DNA of 64,000 nucleotides. It comes from Monocercomonoides exilis PA203. Taxonomy: Eukaryota; Protista; Preaxostyla. The position numbers and the translations under genes are program-made. Each line of letters starts with the position of its first letter. The first letter of the stretch is position 1. The notes beneath the pieces are model-generated. The model saw only the letters and a list, made by a program, of their open reading frames with translations, was not told the DNA's origin and made no database searches. The stretch spans positions 2,604,001 through 2,668,000 of the forward strand of contig LSRY02000001.1 in the NCBI GenBank assembly GCA_001643675.2. The letters run 5' to 3'. Of this stretch, positions 26,101-37,760 are shown piece by piece.

Positions 26101-27928
26101 GACCATTTCCAGCTTGAAAGGTGGAGATGGAGTGAAAGACAATTCTTCTCTTTGGATTTTGAATGATGGATGTGATTTGAGAGGGATAGCAGGAGAAAGG
26201 TCATCTCCATTTTTCATTCCCAGACTGGAAGATGTTTCAGTGAATGAGAATGACAGCAATGTTGTTGTGAAATTCAAGGGATCTCTTTTTGTGCCTTGTG
26301 ACTTGTCATTCAGGTTGATATTCAAAACAGGGGATGTGGAGTTGGTTGAGACATATCCTTTTGAGGAAGACAGTTTTGTTTCAGAAATAGAAGTGGTTGG
26401 AAGAGTTCCATCAGAAAATATTTCAACGATTGCAGATGAAACAGAGGTGTCAGTGATGATTTTGTTTGGGAAGCAATTGGCTGCAACTTCTCCAAAGATT
26501 CTGAAGAACAAAACAGAACCAAAGACTGGAAATGATAAAGTGGTTGAAGGAGGAAAAGAAGGGAAATCATCATGGTCTTTGGTTATAATTATTGTGATGG
26601 CATTTATTCTTCTTATCATTCTGATAATTGCAGTTGTTTCAACAGTCAGATGGAGAAAGGCGAAGAATGAGAACAAAGATCTGAGAGAGATTGTGAATGA
26701 CACAGTGAAGAAGGATCCGAAGCTGATTGAGATGGTGACGATGGAGCCATCACCCGAGGAGCAGTGGAGGAGAGCAGAGAGAGAGGCAGAGAAGAAGAAT
26801 GAAGAAAGAATCAAGAAGAGGGTGTATGAGAAAAGCTTGGGACACTCAGAATCGTCAGAGCATTTGCTGAGTGAATGTGGCTCAACAGAATATATTTTGG
26901 GGAGAGATTCAGACAAGATTCCTGAATGGGTACTGGAGAAGGTTGAAGAAGAAGAGATTCGAAAGAGATCACCATCACCTTCTATCTCATCCACTTCCAC
27001 CACTTCAACGACTGATTCAGATTCAACATTTGTTCGGGGCGAGGATCTGTGCCCCACCACCTCGTCGATGTCGAATCTGGTGGATGTGATGGCCTGCTCA
27101 TCTCCCCATGAGAAGCTGATTGTGGATTTGAGGGATTCGCTGTTCATGCTGTTGCATGGAAGGAACAAGACAAAGGAGATGGCGATAGGCACTCTGCAGG
27201 AGAGGGAGATGACAGCTGCCCAGATCCTGTTCTGGGTGGCGAATCTGGCACTCCACTCGTTCAATGAAATGGAGAATCCTCTGTCATCGCTTGCCAATCT
27301 CACTCCGCACATTGTGCTGTTCTCGGAGCACATGGTGATCTGCATTGTTTTGCACTCGGACTTTTCATCAGACTCTGACAGTTCATCTGTCTCTTCAAGC
27401 TCCACCATGGTCACATCTTCCTCTGATGTTTCAGTGATGAGCGAGAGATTCACCAAGTCGCCACCTCCATCATCAGCGTTTGAGGATGATGAAGATGAAG
27501 AAAGAAAAGAGTGTCTGAGGTGGAAAGCACCTGAACTGATGATGAACAAGAAGATGGGGGCAACAAAGGAGTCAGTGGCATTCTCGATTGGGATGATGCT
27601 GTGGGAGTGTCTGACACTGGAGATCCCATTTGATGAGTATGAGGGTGAGGTGGCAGGGCAGAAGATAGTGAATCACGAACGACCGAACATGTCAGCTGTG
27701 AAGGAGTCGAATTTCTTTGAAATCATCCGAGCTTGCCTGTCTGCTCAGCCAGAAGACAGACTGAGCTTGGCAGGGCTGAAGCGAGAGTTCATCCAGCGGT
27801 TTCCTGCAGGAGCAGCAATTCTGACGATGTCGGATGCGATTGACCTGGAGGAGACAACAGAAGATGGGGAACACATGACGAGTGTGAATTCTTCAGATAT
27901 CACAGGAACTTTGCAGACTGAGAAGTGA
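20144..27928 (+). CDS. Giant receptor-like type I membrane protein: Cys-rich GGA beta-helix ectodomain, TM helix, C-terminal pseudokinase; exons 20144-20231 and 20283-27928
   Basis: An upstream exon MHLFLLACLILAETF... (signal peptide) splices in frame through a GT-AG intron (20232-20282). Repeated GGA(I/L)Y and CG...PC motifs; TM WSLVIIIVMAFILLIILIIAVV; kinase C-lobe motifs RWKAPEL, SVAFSIGMMLWECLTLEIPF, ERP and CLS...PEDR. Confidence 0.9.
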
Positions 27929-29784
27929 ATGAAGAGTTGGTGACAATTGTGTTTTTGCTGGAAAAATGTATTTGTTTCCAAAGCCGCCTCAATATTATCT
28001 TTTATCAGTCTGAGAGAGAATCTCTCTTCCCTTTTTGTTTTTGTTCATCAGCACATTTCTTCTTGTTTTTGATATCATCCTTTTTTTTTGTTTCATTGTT
28101 TTCATTGGTTGTTGTGTTTCACTTAGTTTTTTCTTTCGCCGATTCTGAATGCAGATTTTGGATGAGCAGTGTTTGCTGTGTTTTATATATTCATGTTTTT
28201 GTGTTCGCTGAATCACCACCACACAATTATTTTGAGTGAATCTTGTCAAATGAAATTTTTCATTAAACTCTAATTTGGCTTTTCAGTTGATTCTTTTCTT
28301 TTCTTTTCTTTTCTTTTTTTTCATTGCAAACATCAACAGTTGTTATTTCATTTCCTATTTTGTGTAACTCCAGTTTGTATTATCAATTCCATTTGTTGTA
28401 ATTCTTTTTTTGCATTTGTTTTTTTCAGTTATCCAAGCGACTTTTTCTTTATTTGTGGCAATCACAACATTCACAACAAATGATAAAAGATATATCTCTA
28501 TTTTTGTTTCAAAAAAGCAGGGATATAGTTGTTTGTTCTTTTGCAACGATTGCATCAGAAGAATCATTTCCTTCATCTATGAATAGCATTGTTCTGTAAA
28601 ACATATGATTTGTGAAGAGAATTAAACAGAACAAGAGAAACTCATTCAATCTGTTGGCTTTGTTGTTTCTTGACTCAGAGATTCAGGTATTGTTCATGTG
28701 AAAGAACCTCTTTTGTTATTTCCTCTCTCAACTTTCTGTTTCCTTTGTTGAAGAAAAGAACAATGTGAATTCGGCTTCATGAAAGGAGGGACTGAATTGT
28801 TGCAATCTCTTTGTTGTCATACTTAATTCCATGAACAAAGAATTGTTTCTACCTTTTTATGTGGAGACCGAAGAAAAAAATGTGATGTTTCAAAACAAGG
28901 AATTTAAATAAAATTGGTTTCATATTTATTTATTGAAAAATGAGCTGTTCTATTTCTTTATCTGATGAAAAATCACTTTTGAATTCATTCTCTGTGCTGA
29001 TTTGACTCGATTTCATTCTGAAAACACATCTTTTGAACAGTGAGAAATGCCTCAGACAATCCTCAGGTTTTTCAGCTTTTTGTTTTTTGTTTAACAAACT
29101 TGTTGTTGCATTATCCAACCGCTCATCTTTTTCTTGTCATGTGAAAATCTTATGAACAGCAATAATGATCATTATGAAGCACAAAGAGAATGAAAAATCA
29201 TAAAAGTTGATGAAGAAACCATGATAGAAGAAAAAAAGAAGGCAAAAAAAACAACTCAAGATGATAGAGATGAAAAAAATAAGTCAAGTCACTGATTGTT
29301 GAAATTGGTTTTAGTGAATTGAATATTTGAAATAAAATGCCTACAAATGGAAGGATAGAGAATCAGACATTAAATATTATTATTGGATAAAAAAGTTGGT
29401 TTTTCAATTGTTTTATGTGTTCGTCCAATTAAAAGTTATTGAGACAAAAAAGAGAAAACAATTCATCTTTTCATGTTGTCTGATGAAAAATTCATGAAAA
29501 AATTGTGATGAAATTCTTTTGGAAAGATTGGCCACACAAAACCCGAAATTCACAAACAATCAGACTGTTGAATAAAGATGCAGTATTTTTCAGTCAAAAA
29601 GTTGTTCAAATGATTTTTCATAAATAGAAATCTGATTATTTTTTCTAAAAAGAAAAAACGATAATGTCAACCATATTAACAAAAAAGTGATGAAATGAAT
29701 TTCGTTTTTTATTTTGTTCATTGAAAGATAAAATATTTTTATTATTCGTTTTTCAAGTTATTTCAGTACAATAAATATTCATTT

Positions 29785-30039
29785 GGGAAATTATTTTTGA
29801 AATCATATTTTTTTCACAGATATAAAGGTCAAAAAATTTCCCTTGAATATCTTATAAAGAACACTGAAAAGTGAAAATACTAATTAAAGATATTTTCATC
29901 TTTATTTCAGCTGTGGCATTTGTTTTTGAAATGGTTTTGATGTGATTAATCATTAAAATACAAAATCTCTATTCAATGACAAACAATCTTTTAAAAATCA
30001 ACACACAGAAAATAGTTATGATTTCGAAAATAATCACAC
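29785..30039 (-). mobile_element. 255-bp MITE, degenerate copy
   Basis: The reverse complement aligns along its length with 32958-33212 (gattttt.aaagattgttt, aaacaaatgc, ttcacttttcagtgttc). Same length; termini decayed. Confidence 0.75.
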
Positions 30040-32862
30040 ACACATGAAGAGATTCTCAAATTTTCCCTGTTAATGCAATTGCACACAATCAAACACAATT
30101 AAAACACCAAAAGTTTTGTTAAGATCGAAATTGACAAATATCTCAGATCATTCACTGAAAGAAAAACAACCAACATGAGAAAGAATTTTTACAAAAAATT
30201 TTCAAAATTTTTGTTGAATTGAATATTTTCCATCTTGAATAATTATGGTGCAGTCTTTGGAAAATATGATCATTTGAAACAATGATAAACTTGAATGGGT
30301 GATATTTTTTTATCTGTAAAAATGATTGTTTTGTGGAAGACATTTATGTCAGGGCTTTTGTGATATGGTTAATTTTTTTTTAAAAAGTTCATTTTGTTAA
30401 ATTTTCAAATAATGAAAAAAAATTTCATATTTCGATCAAATTTATGTTCTCTCTCGTGAAACTTCACCAAAATGGAAACAATAACATTGTCAAGATATTG
30501 TTTTCATGACAGCAAAATTTTGTGAGTGGGAACAGAAATTTTATCGAAATATGAAGGTTTTTCTTAATTTGAAAATTTATCAAAATGAACTTTTTTTTAA
30601 AAAAAAAAAAGACATACTTTAAAATCAAAAGCAAATTTTTTTTCAGTTGTTTGCATATCGAACAACAAATCTTTTTTGAATTAATAACGATTTGTTAACA
30701 TTTTGGGGAATGAATGGACTTTCAAGCTTTTTATGCACAAAGCATGAAAGAATTGATTCACTATTAACATTATTAAACTTAATCAGATTTCAAAATAATT
30801 TTTATTTTTTATAACTGTAAATAAACCTTATGGATGTCATAACAAAATGTTTTGTGATTTCACAAGTTTTTCAAAAAATAAACCCATTTTTTTCAAATGT
30901 TTTGATTACAAAAAGTTAACGAAAAGAACATAATTATTCAATGAAAATGCCTGAACGCATCTTTTTTTATTTATTATTTTGTTCTTCAAAGAGTTGACCG
31001 AATACTTCAACCGTTGGAATTGATAGAGAAACTGTTGATGTTGTTATTTAATTTAGAATAAAGCTCGTACGAAGATCACTTGGATTGTGAAGAGAAAAGA
31101 TTCATGAAAACGGATAAAGATGTGCTTTTTTAAGGAAAAAATCATTTGCAGCAAAACAAAACTCATCCTGTTTCCAAATGAAAAATGAATAATTTCCAGA
31201 CATTAGAATAGAATTGTTGATATTTTTTAAACAGTCAGTGATGATAAAATGGAAAATAACTTCTGAATCATTTTTTCTTTATCAAAAATTGACTGTCTCC
31301 AGAAAAGCACATAATGATCGTTTTGTCAACTGCAAAGAATAAGATCTGACTTTTTTTGTTTCATAACAATTCATTTATCATTATAGAATGATATTTCTTT
31401 GCTTATATTATCTTTGGAATATTTTCGAAAGATTGAAAGAAATAAAAATCTCAAAACTGTCAAAACTCGATAAAACGTTTCCAAAATGAAAATGTTTGAA
31501 ATGATGAAAAATGTGGAATATTGGCATCATCACAAGTTATCTAATAATATTCTATTTATTCATTCATCTTTGGTTTTTGTTTTTCTGAAAATTGCAAATG
31601 AGTTTTTCTGAGTCAAAGGAAAAAATTATTAATTGTGTTTTCATTTCAAAAGAATTATTTTTTTTTTGTTTTTTCTTTCTTTCAATATTCGCAATGAAGT
31701 CAGCATATGTTTGGGAAATATTGTTGTTTGACGGATTCATTTTTACGTCTTATCTTAAAAATTGTTAATGAAGATGAGAGAAATAGGAAGAACAGTGAAA
31801 GAGTTAAAACTGGTTAAAAGGAATAAAAAGATGATGAGTATTTTATTTAACAACACAAGTCCTCCACCAACCAGCTTTGTTAGAGCTTTTGCTGGTTTGA
31901 AAAATTTATAATCACTTAATGTCAACTTCTTATACTTCACATTATCCATTTACGTCCCATTTTTTTGATCAATTCTTAAATTAAAATTGAAAAAAAGAAG
32001 ATGAGATAAAAATTGGTACACAACAACAAAAGGAATAATTCAACGTGAAACAATCAAATTAAAGGATAACATATTTGTGAAAAAATATGAAACTTCAAGC
32101 TTTTTCATTGATAAATAATGTTCTTTTTTTCAACTTTTTGTAACCTGAAAATATAATAAAAAAGTGTTCAATTTATTGAATCCATCTCATGATACAACAT
32201 ATAATTCAATGGTTTCATTGACTCCTGTTTATGGTCATGAGAATTTTAACACTTTAACAGTTTGATAAAGTTTGGAAAAGTTGAAAGAGATACAATTATT
32301 CTGAACTTTATGCAAAAAATACTTCAATGAACCTGTTTTCCCTCATTTCTTTTATTTTTCAGATTTGAGGATATTCAAATGCAAAGAAAAAGATTTGTTT
32401 CGAAAAAAATTGAAATTTCCAAACTTCAAAACCCTATTTCAATCAGATATTTAAAAAAGTTTAATTTTATTGGTTTTGTTTTTGAGAGCGTGCTTCCCTT
32501 GAAAAGAATCCGTTGAAAATTTTGGTGAAAATTTTTTGTTTTTGCAAGATGTTATCCATGAATATCCAAATCGATTATTTAAAAAATTAAACCACATTTA
32601 ATATTCTTTCAATGTCTGTGACAAAAGCAATAACTCTGCAAACAATTTGAAATTGCGAGAAAATATTCACTATTTTTTATGTTCATTTTGAATTCATAAA
32701 ATTTTCATTTCGATTATATTATAGTGATTTATGGATGAAGCTTTATTGGAAACAAATTTTTAGATAGAGTTGTTTTGATCACATGAAATGTTGTTGGCTC
32801 CATTATAAAAAAGGTTAATGAAATTCCTTTTAAATAATTCATGAATATAAAAAGAAAGAAAT

Positions 32863-33376
32863 GGGTGATTATTTTTGAAATCATATTTCTTCCATCAAAT
32901 TATCGGAATAAGAATTTATCTCAAGTGCTGATAAATGAGCACAAAAAAGAAATAATTGGGTGATTATTTATGAAATCATAACTTTTTTCGGGATAAGGAT
33001 TTTTCAAAGATTGTTTTCATTTGGGAAGAAATTTTCCATCCAAGTGCTCAAAAAGTCTCAACTGTTTCATAAACAAATGCATGATCTGAAATATAAATTC
33101 AGAGGTCTTGAATGTGCCTGTTCACTTTTCAGTGTTCATTTGCGAACATTTAATAGAAATTTTCGAACCGAAATTTTCGAAAGGAAAAATATGAGTTCAA
33201 AAATAATCACCCAATTCCATCTAAAAATAATTTTTTCATGAATATTATCGGAAGCAATGTCATTTTAAACAATTGCATTGCATTCAACTTTTTAATGTAT
33301 AATTCCTCTAATAAGAAATTAAACATTTGAAAAAACAACACTCCGAAAAAAGTTATGATTTCTAAAATAATTACCC
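32863..33376. mobile_element. 255-bp MITE (outer copy, TSD AAAT) interrupted by a second copy
   Basis: aaat|GGGTGATTATTTTTGAAATCATA ... TATGATTTCTAAAATAATTACCC|aaat; 95+160 = 255 bp once the inner element and one TSD are removed. Confidence 0.8.
32958..33212. mobile_element. 255-bp MITE (inner copy, TSD AATT)
   Basis: aatt|GGGTGATTATTTATGAAATCATA ... TATGAGTTCAAAAATAATCACCC|aatt. Confidence 0.85.
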
Positions 33377-35367
33377 AAATAATAATGATAAATCGAATTA
33401 AACATTTCAATTTAAGAAATGATTTTTTTTCTTCCTTAGAGAATCACACAAATCATAATCTTTTGAAAGTATATTATTTTGAATTTTTTCCATTTGTTTG
33501 AAATGCTATTTTTAAATAAAAGATGATAATTCTTGTTTTTCACACAATTTTCATGAAAACTCAGCCGAATTCATTTCTTTTTTAATTTTTTCAAAATGAA
33601 CAAATCATTCATGAAACAAAGTATTCAGTCAGAGAGACTGAATACAAAAATGTATCGGTTAAACTTTTTATTGACTTGTTAGCTTTTGGTTGAATCTGCG
33701 TATCATATTTTTACACATTTCATGAAAATATTGATTATCTTTGATAAACAACAATTTTGATTATTTTAACAAATTTCATCAAACACAATTTTCGCAAACG
33801 GATTAAGGAAAAAAATAAAAATTGTGTTGAAACTGAGGTTTGTGTTCTCATTTAAAAAATAGTCTTTTATTTTTGTCTTTACAAAAGTTAAATTTTCTTT
33901 CAACAAAAACAATCTTTTAGAGATAAAAAACTTTAAGTTAGCCCATCATATTATTTAATCATGTTTTCTGTTAGGTTTTTTTTACCGTATTAACTAATTT
34001 TAACAAGAGAGCTCTATGAATTAGGATTAACACGAAAAGAAAATACATTTTTAACTTCATTTACAAAGATATTAGGTCTTGAATATGAAAGGAATATTTA
34101 AACAAAATTCAAAAATTGAAAAAATAATAAGTTTCTTTTTTTTTATTCAAATTTGATAAAAAAAAATAGACTTTATCTTCACAATGCTAATAATTTATCT
34201 TATAGGAATATGAAAAAAAAGTCATTATTACTGGAATTTTTTCACAGATCGAATCATGTCCATTAACTAAGTTGAGAAAACATGCTAATGAATTCTATAT
34301 CTTGTCAATGACAGTAGTGATATTCTAAAGCGGAAGGATTCAATAATCTCAAAACCTTAGGCTTTTCTCATTTTCCTCCCTTTCTTGACGAACAGTCAAA
34401 GCATCGAATTGGAACACGAGAAGTTTTCGAACGGGCAGTTTCAATGCAGATAGTTGCACATAACTTCTTTCGAATGGATAATTAAACACAGATAGATTTT
34501 ATATTTTCTTTGGTTTGCAATTATTACCTTTGAATGATTAATTGAAACTGTTTGCGTTTATTTTCATATTTTTTTTTAAATTGCAAATTTTTGATCTGTT
34601 TGTTTCTCGCACACTTTCTTGATGGATAATCCCTTGGACGTTCTTCTGGAAAGCCTGTTTCGCTACAATTATCGAATGCGCAGGATATTTATCATTGCTC
34701 ATTATATACATAACGGTTACAGCGATTTTTCAAGGCGTTATTTCTGGCTCGAAGCCGTGGGTCATTTCACTTTTGTGCTGGCTTGTGAACTTTGCACACA
34801 CAATCTTTCTTATCCCATTGACTTCGATGTGCACACCTATATTTGATTGCAATTAATCAGGAGGACAAATTATTCTTCAAAGATTTGAAGGCAGCTGTTC
34901 TGACAATTTATAACCAATTTTGGGGTTTCTAATGGCAATACTGGAACTTATTGTTCTTCTTATTTCTTCAATATTTATAAACAATATGACATTCAACCAC
35001 AATCTGAAGCACAGTGGGATATGGTCATCGCCAAGTGAGCTGTGGAAAGCGTTTGAATTTATCTCTTGAATTTTTTTGCAGTGTGTGTTTGCAATGAGAG
35101 AACACTGATTGAATGACCTTTCCAGCAATGAGAGGTGACGATTGGATCTTTTCTGGTGATTCTTAAAATATGTTTGTATTTTGAACATATTCAGCTGGTT
35201 TTCAAACTGAACGAAAAAAGGAAAGCGACAAAAGGCAAGTGAAACGGTGCTTGTTTGGATGTTTGAGACTTATTTGCGAAATTCTGTATGCAATCGAAGG
35301 AGCAACAGATAACTGGATAATTATCATTGTAATTAAAGTTTTATTGTTGGATTAAGAGCTGGGATCG

Positions 35368-35407
<40 letters not shown>
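35368..35407 (+). repeat. (GT)n microsatellite
   Basis: Directly visible. Confidence 0.95.
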
Positions 35408-35410
<3 letters not shown>

Positions 35411-35555
35411 TGTTATTCTGCTGATGAAGATTGGATGAAAGATGACAGAGAAGAAATTTATCAAGAAAAAAAATAATATTTTTTTTTTGAAAATTCAAAT
35501 GGATTTCAGATATTTGTGTGATAAATAATTCTTTCTTCATTTGACTGTTGCATTT

Positions 35556-35558
35556 GAA

Positions 35559-35589
<31 letters not shown>

Positions 35590-36066
35590 GAGAAGGAGAA
35601 GAAGAAGAAGAAGAAGAAGCAAAAAAAAAAAAAAAGAAGAAGAAAAAGAAGGAGAAGGAGGAGGAGAAGGGGGAGAAGAAGAAGAAACAGAAACAGAAGG
35701 AGGAGGAGGAGGAGGAGGAGGAGGGGTTGGAGATGAGGAGAAAGAGGAAGAAGAGAGGAAGAAGAGGGAAGCAGAAGAGAAGAAGAAGAGGAAGGAGGAA
35801 GAAGAGAAAGAAGAGGTAGAAGAAGAGGAGGAGGAGGAAGAGGAAGAAGAAGAAGAAGAAGAAGAAGAAGAAGAAGAAGAAAAGGAAGAAGAAGAAGAAG
35901 AAGAAGAAGAAGAAGAAGAAGAAGAAGAAGAAGAAGAAGAGGAAGAGCGGAGGACGTGAAAAGAATGGGTAACTCAAAAAGAAAGGAAATGGAGGAAGTT
36001 GAGGGAAGAAAAGGAAGAAAGCGAAGAAAAAGATTAAATACGATCAACTCCAACTGTTTAATCAAC

Positions 36067-36105
<39 letters not shown>

Positions 36106-36344
36106 TTCCTCTTCTTCCTCCTCTTCCTCTTCTCATTCTCATTCTCCTCTTTCTCCATCTTCTTCCCTCGAATTCTCCAAAAATGATCAAGTTTCGTTGC
36201 AAAAAGAAGGAAAAGAGGGAAATGAAGGAAAAGAAACTAAAAATCAACAAACTTCTTCTTCTTTCTCTTCTTCTCTTGTTCCTCCTCTTCCTTCTCATCT
36301 CCCTTCTTCTTCTTCTCCAACTCGTTCCTATTCTTCTCGTTCTC

Positions 36345-36375
<31 letters not shown>

Positions 36376-36410
36376 TTCTTCTTCTGTTTCTGTTTCTTCT
36401 TCTTCTCCCC

Positions 36411-36441
<31 letters not shown>

Positions 36442-36535
36442 TTCTTCTTCTTCTTCTTTTTCTTCTTCGTCTTCTTCTTCTTCGTCTTCTTCTTCTTCTT
36501 CTTCTTCTTCTTCATCTTCGTCTTCTTCTTCCTTC
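35556..36535. repeat. Purine (GAA/GAG) tract followed by (CAT)n and pyrimidine (TTC) tracts, partly inverted copies
   Basis: gggggagaagaagaagaaacagaaacagaag (~35669-35699) is present in reverse complement at ~36381-36411. Confidence 0.8.
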
Positions 36536-37071
36536 GAACAATTCAAAAAAATTAAAAATCATAATAAAAATAAATTCCCTCGTTCGGTCAGTTCCATTTT
36601 TTCGGAGATAATTCCGCAACTCGGTTGAAAACAGACATGTCAAATCAAAATGACATGAAATGTGTCAAATAAATAAGAGAAGAAGAAGAAGAAGTTCAAG
36701 CGAAGAAATCGAATGTGAATGCAATGAAGAAGAAGAAGAAAGGAGGAAGAGGAAGAGAAGGAAGAGAATGGCATAAAAGATCCAATTCAATGAATATGTT
36801 GGGAGAAGGGGGAATTTCATTGTCTTCTTCTTCTTCTTCTTCTTCCACGTCAAATTCACCTTCGTTCATTTCATATTCTCCTCTCCCCCTTTTTCCTTTA
36901 TCTTCCTCTTTTTCCTTTGTCTTCTGCTATTTCTTCTTCTTCCTCTTCTTCGTCTTCCTCTTTCTTAGTCGCAATCCTTTTTCATTTTCATTTTGATGTT
37001 CATCCAAAACATTGAAATATTTGCCAACACATTTCCATTCTGAATCCTGAGCTGACATTCATTTGTCTGTC

Positions 37072-37074
<3 letters not shown>

Positions 37075-37170
<96 letters not shown>

Positions 37171-37195
37171 CTGTGTGTTTGTGTGTGTGTGTGTG
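37075..37195 (+). repeat. Compound (CT)n(CTAT)n(GT)n microsatellite
   Basis: Directly visible. Confidence 0.95.
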
Positions 37196-37760
37196 TTGAT
37201 AAGATGCAGTGTTCAAACAAACAGCATCTTCTGACCCTTTTGAGAAGTTTTTGCATTTTTTGAAACACTGGAAGCGAATGGGTGAATCAAACAGACAGAC
37301 AAAATACGAAAATTAACAGAGAAAGTTAATTTTGCGAATACAAAATGTTATGTTGTTGTTGAGAGAGTTGCTAATACAAAACAAAATACACAACCACACA
37401 AGAAGAAAATAAAACTCTCGTAATTATACACGATTTTGTTATTTTTTAAAATTACGCTTTTCAGTTTGATTCATAAATTATATTTGGAATGACTAACAAA
37501 TAACATGATAAAAATATATAATTTTTTAAATATATCTCTTTTGAAAAAACCGTCAGAAAAATTAAATGCAATACTGATTAAAAAATTACTGTTTCTAATA
37601 TATACATTAACTATCAAATTAATATGACGAAAATAAAAAAAGTTTTATTCAAAAAATTAATCAATTTCTGATCAAATATATAATAATTATAAAGATAGCA
37701 TTTTTTTGAAATTGACATTTTCGCTGCTAATATTGTTAGAAGAGCTGCAAAACTGAAGCA

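Noticed and set aside
28000-32800. Short ORFs in AT-rich intergenic DNA
   Set aside because: No recognisable domains or consistent exon structure; only the MITE at 29785 is supported.
35352-36628. Many poly-L/F/K/E/S ORFs (also 17995-18453 and 45553-46233)
   Set aside because: Products of trinucleotide repeats that lack stops; no independent coding evidence.
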